Shown here: piece after piece, positions 9,684-19,519 of the stretch
Layout of the letters: every line of letters starts with the position of its first letter
How positions within the stretch are numbered: the first letter of the stretch is position 1
Source of the DNA: a virus
Virus record (IMG/VR): IMGVR_UViG_3300017917_004441
Coordinates: 36,912-100,911 of that record
Reading direction: 5' to 3' (one strand)
DNA: 64,000 bases
Notes under the pieces: model-generated
Told to the model about the DNA's origin: nothing
The model's input: only the letters and a program-made list of their open reading frames with translations
Database searches by the model: none
Position numbers and translations under genes: made by a program

Positions 9684-9959
9684 TTCAATACAAGCACCTC
9701 TTTCCAAACTAATTTCATCCCATTCTTCATCAATTCTACCTGAATCAGGTCGGATGATGACATTAGTCATGGCTTTGATTTTAACTCTGTCAGTTGTATT
9801 TGAATTTAATTGAAGATCACAGGAATCAACTCCCCTTACCACTATAGCATACTCACCATTTGTGGTATATTTTCTTTCAGAAACAATTGCGGACTCGGAT
9901 GTTCTTACTCTGTTTCCGTTTATAATTTTTTCTACGGGGATTGTTTTGATTATTGACAT
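9624..9959 (-). CDS. Hypothetical beta-rich protein
   Basis: 111-aa ORF coupled to the neck gene (TAATG overlap at 9959); its 3' end overlaps the polB 3' end by 60 nt. Confidence 0.6.
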   Translation of the reverse strand: MSIIKTIPVEKIINGNRVRTSESAIVSERKYTTNGEYAIVVRGVDSCDLQLNSNTTDRVKIKAMTNVIIRPDSGRIDEEWDEISLERGACIELVSINKGWYILSSDGLKIW

Positions 9960-11077
9960 TATACAACAGTGATTGGAATGGTCATCGGCCTATACTTCAA
10001 CTGAGTATTCAAGTTGGTTGCGATTTCAGCCTCTTTTTTCATTTGGTTTTCAGGACGAAGTCTCTCTAATCTCTGTTGTAATTCAGTTACAAGAGTTACT
10101 TTTTCATCCTTGGCTTCGGTTTGTAGTGATTGGTAATCCATTTGAACTTCACTATCAGGAGTTTTCAGGTTACCACTAAATTTACCACGAACACGGGCTA
10201 GTGTTTCTTTACAATATGCGGTGAACCATCTTCTTACCCAAACTCTTGCCGGTTCGTTCAAGTCAACCCACATTATTTCACTCAAAGGTACATCTGATGG
10301 AAGTTTTACGATATCAGGATTATCTTTCAAACAAAGATCTCTTTCATCACCACAAACCTCGTAATACCAATACCAAACTTTACCTCTTGTAAGTTCAGAA
10401 TCTCCAAAATCAAATTTACCACCAGGTGTATTGAACAACCATACAGCCTTTTTACCATCAGGTAATGCGGTTACTTGGTATTGTAAGTCAGGTTGAATCA
10501 ATCGTCTTTTTACGTTGATATCCTGAAGTCTTGACATAACGTCATACGATGAGAAGAAGAAGTATCCACCACCACCGTAACCTGTTTGTGCAAAACCACC
10601 AGGTCCACCCAAACCACCAGGTCCCCCTAAAGCACCGAAAGCCCAAGGGTCAAACAACATATTGTTTTCTTCAGCTGGTGAATACCACAAAAGTTGGTTG
10701 ATTTCTCTACAAGCCGGAATCTCATATATTTGTTGGTTAGGTACCAGTTCAAAATAGTCCCTTTTCAAAACATATGGACCCGCATTTTGAAGACCGGCAA
10801 TTTTTGAATAAGCATAGGTATATTGAGTTTCCCAATCCAAAGTTCTTCTGATCAAAGCGTTTGCCAATGATTCAGTTTCTAAGTTTAGTCCATATAAAGA
10901 AGTCCATTGAGATTCAATTAACCAATCTTGTACATACTGTGAATAATCTCCAATTGATAATTCTAATAAAGAATCCATCATCTCATATTCCAATTCTACA
11001 GCTCTGAGAGGTGCTCCCAACAAATTTAAAATTCTATTGTAGAATCTACTTCTTTCTGGTTCAGGGATAACTGCCAT
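9959..11077 (-). CDS. Neck/head-tail adaptor protein (T4 gp13-like)
   Basis: N-terminal LGAPLRAVEL and C-terminal WVRRWFTAYCKETLARVRGKF resemble gp13-type neck proteins; preceded by the late motif. Confidence 0.7.
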   Translation of the reverse strand: MAVIPEPERSRFYNRILNLLGAPLRAVELEYEMMDSLLELSIGDYSQYVQDWLIESQWTSLYGLNLETESLANALIRRTLDWETQYTYAYSKIAGLQNAGPYVLKRDYFELVPNQQIYEIPACREINQLLWYSPAEENNMLFDPWAFGALGGPGGLGGPGGFAQTGYGGGGYFFFSSYDVMSRLQDINVKRRLIQPDLQYQVTALPDGKKAVWLFNTPGGKFDFGDSELTRGKVWYWYYEVCGDERDLCLKDNPDIVKLPSDVPLSEIMWVDLNEPARVWVRRWFTAYCKETLARVRGKFSGNLKTPDSEVQMDYQSLQTEAKDEKVTLVTELQQRLERLRPENQMKKEAEIATNLNTQLKYRPMTIPITVV

Positions 11078-11091
11078 GTCCGTTTTTTATA

Positions 11092-11099
11092 TATAAATA
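11092..11099 (-). promoter_or_regulatory. TATTTATA motif
   Basis: On the minus strand, 14 nt upstream of the neck gene ATG. Confidence 0.6.
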
Positions 11100-11107
11100 T
11101 CCAATTA

Positions 11108-12625
11108 TCAGAATTGGTACAAAATAGAAGATTCGGGGAAGTAATATGCCCCATCTTTTATTTGGGAATCTTTGTTATCAAAAACTACAATATCTTTTCC
11201 TCTTTTGACAAAAACCATCCAATCGGTGTTGTATTTTTTGACGTTAGCACTACCCTCTATTTTGAGTTCACCATCTTCATTGATGATTGAATTGAATGGT
11301 TTGATTTGTGCGGTATACACTTTTCCATCAATTCTGATTTTCATATCTACACCCATCATATCTTCCTTACTACCCAATTCACCTATCCTGTTGATATTTT
11401 CAGGACCAAATTTTTCTTTGAATTTCTTCTCAACAAGATCTTCTGTTTTGTTACCTTTCTCTGAGGTTTTTACCAAAATATTGAAAATCGTTTGAAATGT
11501 TTTTGAATTTGGATCAAAGATTCTAAATTTCAGTTGATTCATGAATCCCAACATTCTAGCCATTTCATTAATTTGTTCTTGTTCGTTTTTTCCCACGAAG
11601 TTGATTGGTTCCATATTTGCCCTGACCAAAACCAAATTCAGATCACGCATTAGTGGACAAAAAGCACTATAATTCGTGTTCAAATAATTGATTATTGATC
11701 TACCCGGCTTTTCAAAGTCATACACACCACTACTGGTTCTTGGTGCGTATTCGTTTCTTTCATAATGCTTATCGGCAAACACCTCGGCCAAAAATTTCAT
11801 AATAGCGTCTTGATACATTGTCAAAACTGTGAGATTATTGTTGAACATTTCTCTGATTTTAGCCCTTTCTTGGTCGGAACAAGCTTGAACTTTAGTCTGT
11901 TCTTTCATAATTCTTTTGATGGAATTACTCTCTTGAATATTTTTCTTGGTCAGTCTTTCCAATTCCTCTTCAACAAATTCCCAATTCACGACTTTCCAAA
12001 AGTTTTTGATGTACTCATCTCTTTTGTTTCTGTACTTTAGATAATAGGCGTGTTCCCATAGATCCAATCCCAACAATGGATGACCACCTTGTTTTATAAC
12101 ATTCATAAGTGGGTTGTCCTGATTGGCGGTTGTCATAATTTTGAGTGTACCTCTTTTGGTTAGTACAAGCCAAACCCAACCTGATCCGAATCTTTTCTTG
12201 GCGTATTCTTCAAACTTCTTTTTGAAATTCGCGTAGGATCCAAAGTTGGAATTGATCTTCTTTAGGATACCTTCTTTGGGTTCCATCTCTGTTGGAGACA
12301 ACATTTTCCAAAATATCGCGTGGTTGTAAGCCCCACCCGCATTATCCCTTACAGACTTGGAAAACCTTTCAATTGTTTTGATAATTTCTTCCAACGAAAG
12401 ATCACCATAATTTTTTCCTTCTAATGCGTCATTGAGTTTGGAGATGTATCCTTTATAGTGTTTGTTATAATGGATGTTCATTGTCTCGGGGTCAATGAAC
12501 TGACGTAAGGCTGAATATCCGTAGGGTAATTTCTCTGCTCTGATTTTTTTGGCTTCGTGAAGTTGTTCTTGGTTTTGACGGATACGTTCTTCTAAGAGTT
12601 GTATTTTGTTTTTTATATTTCTCAT
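11108..12625 (-). CDS. sodA: Mn/Fe superoxide dismutase fused to a C-terminal PD-(D/E)XK-like domain
   Basis: LPYGYSAL, H52, NAGGAYNH (H102), FGSGWVWL, NQD and DLWEHAYY (D188/H192). GG and NQD suggest Mn type. About 280 extra C-terminal residues contain KGNKTE...GVD...QIK. Confidence 0.85.
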   Translation of the reverse strand: MRNIKNKIQLLEERIRQNQEQLHEAKKIRAEKLPYGYSALRQFIDPETMNIHYNKHYKGYISKLNDALEGKNYGDLSLEEIIKTIERFSKSVRDNAGGAYNHAIFWKMLSPTEMEPKEGILKKINSNFGSYANFKKKFEEYAKKRFGSGWVWLVLTKRGTLKIMTTANQDNPLMNVIKQGGHPLLGLDLWEHAYYLKYRNKRDEYIKNFWKVVNWEFVEEELERLTKKNIQESNSIKRIMKEQTKVQACSDQERAKIREMFNNNLTVLTMYQDAIMKFLAEVFADKHYERNEYAPRTSSGVYDFEKPGRSIINYLNTNYSAFCPLMRDLNLVLVRANMEPINFVGKNEQEQINEMARMLGFMNQLKFRIFDPNSKTFQTIFNILVKTSEKGNKTEDLVEKKFKEKFGPENINRIGELGSKEDMMGVDMKIRIDGKVYTAQIKPFNSIINEDGELKIEGSANVKKYNTDWMVFVKRGKDIVVFDNKDSQIKDGAYYFPESSILYQF

Positions 12626-12650
12626 ATCTCGGGTACTATCATTTATTGAT

Positions 12651-12658
12651 TATAAATA
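12651..12658 (-). promoter_or_regulatory. TATTTATA motif
   Basis: On the minus strand, 25 nt upstream of the SOD gene ATG. Confidence 0.6.
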
Positions 12659-12668
12659 CCCCCACTTT

Positions 12669-14435
12669 TTATCTTCTGCTATTAATTGACTTGAGAATTT
12701 CTTCTACATAGTCACCACTTGATTCCTTATCACCCATGATAGTTTCAAAAATATCCTTTTTCTTTTTTAGAATATCGTAAATAATTCCTTCAATTGTGTT
12801 GTCAAAAATCGGGTAATAAACCAATACATTGTTTTTTTGTCCGTATCGGTATGCTCTGTCCTCAGCTTGTGAGTGGTCTGATGGAAGGAACGATAAATCG
12901 TTCATCACCACCGCTTCTCCTGAGGTCAGGGTAATACCAGTACCTGCCGCTTTGATGTTTCCAACAAATACTTTTACTGACTCATCATTTTGGAACTTGT
13001 CAACGGATTCTTGACGTTCTCTTTGGTTCATTGAACCATCAAGTCTCACCGCCTTTTTTCCAAAGTGTTCCAATATCATCTCAAGGGTTTTGGTAAAGTT
13101 GGTAAAGACAATAACCTTCTTGTCTTGTTCAATAATGTTCTCACACAGTTCAATGGTTGAGGATACTTTCTCTTGGGCGATACATTGGCGAACTTGGGTT
13201 AGTTTGGTGAACTGAAGGGTCAGGGAGTCCGCCTCACCACTTTTATCATACCAATCGTAATAGTCCCCCATAAGTTCCTCATATTGTCGTGAGCGAAGTC
13301 TCAGGTATACTGGAGTGATGATTTTATCGGGTAGATCAAGTACGTTTTCTTTTAGTCTACGTAAAACCTGTGGTTTTGTTCTGTCACGGAGTTCTTCCAA
13401 ATTGGATGATCCACTGACGTTCCACACTTTTCTTTTTCCCGCTCTGAATTGGAATCCGTTACAGTATCTTTTTACATAAGCCATCCAGTTCACCGCAACG
13501 GGTGAGTCAATCAGGTTCAGAAGATTGTAATAATTGATAGGACGACTTGTGATGGGGGTACCAGTGAGTAACCACAAGCGTTCTACTTTTGAAGCAAAAT
13601 CATTTATGAGTTTGGTTCTTTGGGCTTGTTTGTTTTGAATATAATGAGCCTCGTCAATAATAACCAAGTCAAACCCAGAATTAAGAATAATTGAATCTTT
13701 CCGATTTTTCTCATCGTGGAAATTTTTAATGATATCGTAGTTTATAATTACAAAGTCGGCGTCCTCCCATTTCTTACCTTCAATGATTGAAGTGGTACGA
13801 TCGGTGTAATTTTCAATTTCTCTTTGCCAGTTGATCTTCAGAGATGCTGGACAAATGATGAGGATTTTCTTTGACTTTGTCTCAAGTGCCGCTATGATGG
13901 TTGAGGTTGTCTTACCCAATCCCATGTCGTCAGCCAAAATCATTTTTTTGTTCTCACACAACTTTTGGATTGCCTCCTTTTGGTGTTCAAGTGGCGGACG
14001 GTGTGAATAGTTTGAATAGTCAATCTCAACATTCTTTACCGTATTGTCTTTGATAAGGGCAACTTTTGGTAACCAAAAGTCGTGAACAAAATCTTTTTCA
14101 AAAAACTTACCCCAAATATGATATGAGGTATCTTTTTCCACCAATAACTTTTCAATGTAAACTTGTTGGGGTATTGAGGTGAACAGTTTGTCATCGGCAA
14201 TCTTCTGTGCGAAATATGGGTCCAAGTCAACCCACTTTTTGGCTACTTTGGGAACCCTTGAATGGAAGTTGATGATGTATTCTGACTGTGCACGGGTGGG
14301 GTAAAACTTTGGATTGTCCAACATTTTGGTTTTCAAACGCAAGATATAATTGTTGGCACCTTCGTATTTTTCCAACAGTTCCAATGCTTTACGCTCCAAA
14401 ACGCCTACAGCTGATATGTTTGTCTGTTCTTCCAA
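12669..14435 (-). CDS. SNF2-family (SMARCAL1/HARP-like) helicase/translocase
   Basis: LADDMGLGKT, ICPASL, DEAH, LTGTP and QAEDRAYRYGQ; TTG start. Confidence 0.9.
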   Translation of the reverse strand: MEEQTNISAVGVLERKALELLEKYEGANNYILRLKTKMLDNPKFYPTRAQSEYIINFHSRVPKVAKKWVDLDPYFAQKIADDKLFTSIPQQVYIEKLLVEKDTSYHIWGKFFEKDFVHDFWLPKVALIKDNTVKNVEIDYSNYSHRPPLEHQKEAIQKLCENKKMILADDMGLGKTTSTIIAALETKSKKILIICPASLKINWQREIENYTDRTTSIIEGKKWEDADFVIINYDIIKNFHDEKNRKDSIILNSGFDLVIIDEAHYIQNKQAQRTKLINDFASKVERLWLLTGTPITSRPINYYNLLNLIDSPVAVNWMAYVKRYCNGFQFRAGKRKVWNVSGSSNLEELRDRTKPQVLRRLKENVLDLPDKIITPVYLRLRSRQYEELMGDYYDWYDKSGEADSLTLQFTKLTQVRQCIAQEKVSSTIELCENIIEQDKKVIVFTNFTKTLEMILEHFGKKAVRLDGSMNQRERQESVDKFQNDESVKVFVGNIKAAGTGITLTSGEAVVMNDLSFLPSDHSQAEDRAYRYGQKNNVLVYYPIFDNTIEGIIYDILKKKKDIFETIMGDKESSGDYVEEILKSINSRR

Positions 14436-14462
14436 TACGTAAAAAGATAATGTTTATTGGTA

Positions 14463-14469
14463 TATTTAT
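14463..14469 (+). promoter_or_regulatory. TATTTAT motif
   Basis: 8 nt upstream of the ATG at 14478, in the short divergent intergenic region. Confidence 0.5.
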
Positions 14470-14477
14470 CAAGTAAG

Positions 14478-14993
14478 ATGATGCAGAAACTCGTTCCAAT
14501 TACAAGATTAGGTAAATTCTTCGGTAGTGAAGATTTTGGTTTGGACATATCCATGGGTCGTGAATGGCTTGATGGGGATATGAATTTCCAAGTGGTTCTA
14601 TATAGAGTAGACAGAACTAAAAGTATCAACGATGACGTTTATGGTGAAGTAGTAAAAGATGGAATTCAATTCCTTCCACCTATCTCTATAAATGCCTATG
14701 TAAGAATTGAAGAAGCAACAGAACAATTCTTGGGTACCAGTAAAGTCATTCAAAACGAACCTGGTGTTCTGAAGTTTAGTGTATATCAAAAAGAACTTGA
14801 AGACTTGGAAGTCAACATCCAACTTGGTGATTATATCGGTTATTGGATTACTGAAGATCAGGTGAGATACTACTCAATCGTGGATGCGGGTTCACCGAAC
14901 TATGATAATAAACACACCTATGGAGGTTATAAGAAATTCTACTTCTCTTATACGGCAACCCCTGTTAGTGAAAATGAATTTAGAGGTCTATAA
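14478..14993 (+). CDS. Putative head-closure/neck protein (gp14-like)
   Basis: VVLYRVD...DDVYGE...LGDYIGY pattern and position before the tail terminator and sheath. The ATG at 14478 is preferred over the upstream TTG. Confidence 0.5.
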   Translation: MMQKLVPITRLGKFFGSEDFGLDISMGREWLDGDMNFQVVLYRVDRTKSINDDVYGEVVKDGIQFLPPISINAYVRIEEATEQFLGTSKVIQNEPGVLKFSVYQKELEDLEVNIQLGDYIGYWITEDQVRYYSIVDAGSPNYDNKHTYGGYKKFYFSYTATPVSENEFRGL

Positions 14994-16036
14994 TGGCACT
15001 TCCAAAAAAACAAATAATTCCAAATATCAATCTTACCCCTGAAAAGATTCTTTATCAGAGGAGAGAACAACTATTGGATTATATCAAAGATGACGGAACT
15101 TATCTTCCAAAGAGTTTATTACACGCTGATTTGGATAAGGGGTTCTTGGATTTTGTAAAAGAAGATTTACGAACGGTAGTTGAAGGGTCTGTTATTCAAA
15201 CCGTTGATATAATTATCACCACACAAAATTGGGCTCAGTTGACTGAGACTTGGAATTTTTCGGATTTAAATGGAAATCCTGAATTACCTTTTATTACAAC
15301 AGTAAGAAATCCTGATGTAAAATATGGTAGTAATCCAGCCATCATTTATAACATACCCAATCGTAGAGAATATTTTTATGCCGCGGTTCCTTCGTGGAAT
15401 GGTAACGTAAAAGGTTTGGATATTTACAAAATCCCACAACCTGTTCCTGTGGATATCACTTATAACGTGAAAATATTGAGTAATCGTATGAGGGAACTCA
15501 ATGAATTCAATAAAAACGTTATTCAGACTTTTGCCTCAAGACAAGCCTACAGACAAATCAACGGACATTACATTCCTATTATTATGAATAATATTACAGA
15601 TGAGTCTGTCGTTGATATAGGGAGACGTAGATTTTACATCCAAAACTATGAGTTCACGATGTTAGCATTTCTTTTGGATGAGGACGAGTTTGAAGTTGCT
15701 CCCGCAGTCTCAAGAGTATTCAACACCTTTGAGTTAGTGAACAACGTAAGACCTAGTAAGAAAAAATCCTTTCCCGAAAACCCTGACACATTTGAATACT
15801 CAATGATCTACCCCCCAAGTGGATTGACTAAATCAATAGTCGTGGATTATACGGGTGACTTATCAATTAACAGAACTGTTAACGTGTCAACCTATGACGT
15901 GTATATCAACGATGATTTTTACGGGTCTGATGTCAGTTTGATTCAGGTAAATACTAATGAAACTCTAAGGGTTGATATAACCCCCACTGACTTGACTCAA
16001 CCATCTGAGATAGTCTACGGGGTCAAGTTAGTATGA
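14993..16036 (+). CDS. Putative tail terminator/sheath stabiliser (gp15-like)
   Basis: LPFITTVR and PVPVDITYNVKILS...ELNEF pattern; position upstream of the sheath. Confidence 0.55.
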   Translation: MALPKKQIIPNINLTPEKILYQRREQLLDYIKDDGTYLPKSLLHADLDKGFLDFVKEDLRTVVEGSVIQTVDIIITTQNWAQLTETWNFSDLNGNPELPFITTVRNPDVKYGSNPAIIYNIPNRREYFYAAVPSWNGNVKGLDIYKIPQPVPVDITYNVKILSNRMRELNEFNKNVIQTFASRQAYRQINGHYIPIIMNNITDESVVDIGRRRFYIQNYEFTMLAFLLDEDEFEVAPAVSRVFNTFELVNNVRPSKKKSFPENPDTFEYSMIYPPSGLTKSIVVDYTGDLSINRTVNVSTYDVYINDDFYGSDVSLIQVNTNETLRVDITPTDLTQPSEIVYGVKLV

Positions 16037-16186
16037 GTCTCCGTAGATGTCCCTTTTTTCCTGACATTTTTCCAAAATAAGGTTCTCTAAAAACTTATAC
16101 ATTTTCAAACCGTTCTTGTCACAATATTTTTTCAGAACAGAATGCGTCTGAGATGATATCTTTAGATTTTTGATTTCTTTTTTCAT
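16028..16186 (-). CDS. Small ribbon-helix-helix-like DNA-binding protein
   Basis: MKKEIKNLKISSQTHSVLKKYCDKNGLKMYKFLENLILE has a beta-helix-helix RHH pattern; TATTTATA lies on the minus strand at 16222-16229. Confidence 0.6.
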   Translation of the reverse strand: MKKEIKNLKISSQTHSVLKKYCDKNGLKMYKFLENLILEKCQEKRDIYGDSY

Positions 16187-16265
16187 AGTGAGAAAAAAGG
16201 CAGAAAAAAAACTGCCCATTTTATAAATAGAAAAGATTAAGTAAAGTTTTTGGGTTTTTGCCGAA

Positions 16266-16272
16266 TATTTAT
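16266..16272 (+). promoter_or_regulatory. TATTTAT motif
   Basis: Upstream of the tail sheath; divergent from the copy at 16222-16229 on the minus strand. Confidence 0.55.
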
Positions 16273-16307
16273 GTAATAAAAATAAATTTTATTGAACCTA
16301 AAACAAA

Positions 16308-19300
16308 ATGGCAGTATCAAATAAAATATTCGTATCTCCTGGAGTCTATACTTCTGAAAGAGATTTGAGTTTTGTAGCTCAAAGTGTGGGTGTAACAACT
16401 TTGGGTCTGGTTGGTGAAACACAAATCGGTCCCGCATTTGAGCCAATCTTTATAACAAATTACGATGAGTTCGAAGCTTTCTTCGGTGGAACTCTTCCGG
16501 AAAAATTTGAAAACACACAAATTCCTAAATATGAATTGGCGTACATCGCCAAATCTTACCTACAACAGTCTAACCAATTGTTTGTTACTCGTGTACTTGG
16601 TCTATCAGGTTATGATGCGGGTCCTTCTTGGTCTTTATTGACTGTTGCGAACGTTGATTCTGCCACTGTTGCTTTGAATGGTTTGTCAACATCTTTCTCT
16701 GTAGGATTCACAGGATGTACTAATGGAACAGGTGTTACTTTTACAGGTGGTGCTTTCGCTCCTCAGATCTTAGGAAATCTAAACAGTCCTTACCCTATGT
16801 TGAATGGTGGTGAGAGTACTATCGCAACTGACGTATCTGATTTCCTTCAAGGAATCATTGACCTACCAGCATCTTCAGGTTACACCGCAGCTTACTTCGG
16901 TACTATTCCTGACGCTAACTTCAATGCTTTGTCACCAACTTATACTGCATCAACAAACGTATTCGGAGTATCAGGTCTTTCTGAATCAACCGCTGACTAC
17001 ACTTCACCAAACAACGACTCTTGGTACTACTCTAACTTTGATTTGACAGGTGGAACAGGATATTCAGGTTACTCATTCTTTGGAGTGGTAACTCAATTGG
17101 ATGCTTTTGGTCCTTCAGGATGTTTCTCAGGAACAGTATCAGGTACGGTATTCAACTACGCAGGTACTGCATATGATGGTTGGGGAGACTTGGTTGTTGC
17201 AACTTGGAGATCTCGTGGTATTTCTCTTTATGGTACTGGTCAAGACGGTCCATCTTATGTTGTGACAGGAACTACCGATGTTATCATTGACTGTTCAGGA
17301 ATTTACTCAGGTATCACATTCAATCCATATGCTACTTTCAACCTTTCAGGTGTTACTGCAGACGGTACTGATTTCGCATTTACAACTTCTATGAACTCAG
17401 GTGATCCAAACTACATCACCAAGGTATTCGGTATAACTAACTTTGGTAAACCAAGAAATGAGGTTCCGTTGTTCGTTGAAGAACAATTCCAAAATATGTT
17501 GAACTACGGTTACAACCAAGGATTCATTCGCGGTCTACAATGTGCACCATTGGCACTTCCTGGTTTGAGATATTCTCCTAACACAGCAACTATTGCTAAC
17601 TACGTTGAAAAATACCAAGACGCTGAATCACCATGGGTGGTTTCTGAATTGGAAGGCACAACTGTTGACAGATTGTTCAGAGTTATCACTATTGCTGACG
17701 GTAATGGAGCAAACGCTCAAATCAAAGTAACAATTGAAAACATCTCTTTCAACAGTGCATCATTTGACGTTGGTGTAAGAAGTTTCTTTGACACTGACTC
17801 AAACCCTGTTTACTTGGAGAAATTTACTCAGTGTACTATGGATCCATCAAGCAACAGTTACATCGGTGTGAAAATCGGTACTGCTGATGGTGAGTACGCA
17901 CTTCTTTCTAAGTACATCATGTTGGAGTTGAACGACAAAGCTAACCCTGATTCAGTACCTTGTGGTTTTGAAGGTTATGTTATTCGTTCATACGGATCTG
18001 CTCAACCACCATACCCTGTTTACAAAACAGCATATAACTACCCTGGTGAAGTTGTAGGTAACCCACCTTTCAACATTCCTTTCGGTCCAAACCAAATCTT
18101 GTCACCTGGTGACAACGTAAGACGTACCTTCTTGGGAATTTCTTCACAAATAGGTTATGACCCTGATTTCTTCCAATACAAGGGAAGACAAGCACCAATT
18201 AATTTGTGTAACGTTGATTCACTTCCATGGAATTACATCACAAAAGGATTCCACATGGATTCAGGAGCAACTGTTGTAACAATCACCTCAGGTCCTACCG
18301 CAGGTACACCAGCATTTGATTGTGGTGATGCTTCCTTCCAATCTAATCCTACAGATCCAGCTAACCCATACTACACAATCCAAGCTCGTAAATTTGCATT
18401 CTTGGTACAAGGTGGATTTGATGGTTGGGACATTTACCGTGAGTACAGAACTAACGATGACAGATACCAAATTGGTGGTTCATTGTGGCAGAGAGGTGCT
18501 TGTCCATCAACTCGTTACCCACTAGCAGATGGTTGGGGAGCATTCAAATTGATTGACCAAGATGGTTTCTCTGAGTTCTCAACTTCTGACTACTACGCAT
18601 ACCTATTGGGTATTTCAACTTTCAGTAACCCTGAAGCGGTAAACATCAACGTGTTCGCTACTCCTGGTATTGACTACATCAACAACTCTAACTTGGTTGA
18701 ACAAGCAATTGATATGGTTACATATCAGAGAGCTGACTCACTTTACATCGTGACAACTCCTGACTGTAACGTTCTTATCCCAACAAACACGGATAACATT
18801 GTTCCTCCAACTGAAGCTGTTGATAACTTGAATAACACAGGTATTGATTCTAACTACACAGCAACATACTACCCATGGATCTTGGTTAGAGATACTGTAA
18901 ACAACACCCAAATCTACATCCCACCAACAAATGAGGTTTGTAGAAACTTGGCTCTTACAGATAACATATCATTCCCATGGTTCGCAACCGCGGGTTACAC
19001 AAGAGGTTTGGTAAATGCTGTCAAGGCACGTATCAAACTAACACAAGACCAAAGAGATACTCTTTACCAAGGTCGTATCAACCCAATTGCTACCTTCTCT
19101 GACGTAGGTACTGTAATTTGGGGTAACAAGACTCTTCAAATCGCTGACACTGCTCTAAACAGAATCAACGTAAGAAGATTGTTACTACAGGCTCGTAAGT
19201 TGATCTCAGCAGTTGCGGTTAGATTGTTGTTTGAACAAAATGACGCTAAAGTACGTCAAGACTTCCTTGACTCAGTAAACCCAATCCTTGACGCAATCAG

Positions 19301-19469
19301 AAGAGACCGTGGTCTATACGATTTCCGTGTAACAGTTTCTAATGATCCTGCTGATTTGGATAGAAATACTTTGACAGGTAAGATCTACTTGAAACCTACC
19401 AAGGCTCTTGAATTCATTGATATTGAGTTCTTGATCACTCCGACAGGTGCATCGTTTGAGAATATCTAA
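16308..19469 (+). CDS. Contractile tail sheath protein
   Basis: VSPGVYTSERD N-terminus; C-terminal PWFATAGYTRG, RDTLYQGRINPI, WGNKTL, RINVRRLL, FEQND and LEFIDIEF. Confidence 0.95.
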   Translation: MAVSNKIFVSPGVYTSERDLSFVAQSVGVTTLGLVGETQIGPAFEPIFITNYDEFEAFFGGTLPEKFENTQIPKYELAYIAKSYLQQSNQLFVTRVLGLSGYDAGPSWSLLTVANVDSATVALNGLSTSFSVGFTGCTNGTGVTFTGGAFAPQILGNLNSPYPMLNGGESTIATDVSDFLQGIIDLPASSGYTAAYFGTIPDANFNALSPTYTASTNVFGVSGLSESTADYTSPNNDSWYYSNFDLTGGTGYSGYSFFGVVTQLDAFGPSGCFSGTVSGTVFNYAGTAYDGWGDLVVATWRSRGISLYGTGQDGPSYVVTGTTDVIIDCSGIYSGITFNPYATFNLSGVTADGTDFAFTTSMNSGDPNYITKVFGITNFGKPRNEVPLFVEEQFQNMLNYGYNQGFIRGLQCAPLALPGLRYSPNTATIANYVEKYQDAESPWVVSELEGTTVDRLFRVITIADGNGANAQIKVTIENISFNSASFDVGVRSFFDTDSNPVYLEKFTQCTMDPSSNSYIGVKIGTADGEYALLSKYIMLELNDKANPDSVPCGFEGYVIRSYGSAQPPYPVYKTAYNYPGEVVGNPPFNIPFGPNQILSPGDNVRRTFLGISSQIGYDPDFFQYKGRQAPINLCNVDSLPWNYITKGFHMDSGATVVTITSGPTAGTPAFDCGDASFQSNPTDPANPYYTIQARKFAFLVQGGFDGWDIYREYRTNDDRYQIGGSLWQRGACPSTRYPLADGWGAFKLIDQDGFSEFSTSDYYAYLLGISTFSNPEAVNINVFATPGIDYINNSNLVEQAIDMVTYQRADSLYIVTTPDCNVLIPTNTDNIVPPTEAVDNLNNTGIDSNYTATYYPWILVRDTVNNTQIYIPPTNEVCRNLALTDNISFPWFATAGYTRGLVNAVKARIKLTQDQRDTLYQGRINPIATFSDVGTVIWGNKTLQIADTALNRINVRRLLLQARKLISAVAVRLLFEQNDAKVRQDFLDSVNPILDAIRRDRGLYDFRVTVSNDPADLDRNTLTGKIYLKPTKALEFIDIEFLITPTGASFENI

Positions 19470-19480
19470 TATAAACAAAT

Positions 19481-19500
19481 GGTGGGGGGAAACCCCCACC
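19481..19500 (+). terminator. Stable hairpin after the sheath gene
   Basis: GGTGGGGG-GAAA-CCCCCACC (8 bp stem, GNRA loop) with only a weak T-tract. Confidence 0.55.
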
Positions 19501-19519
19501 TTAGCCTTTAAAATAATTT

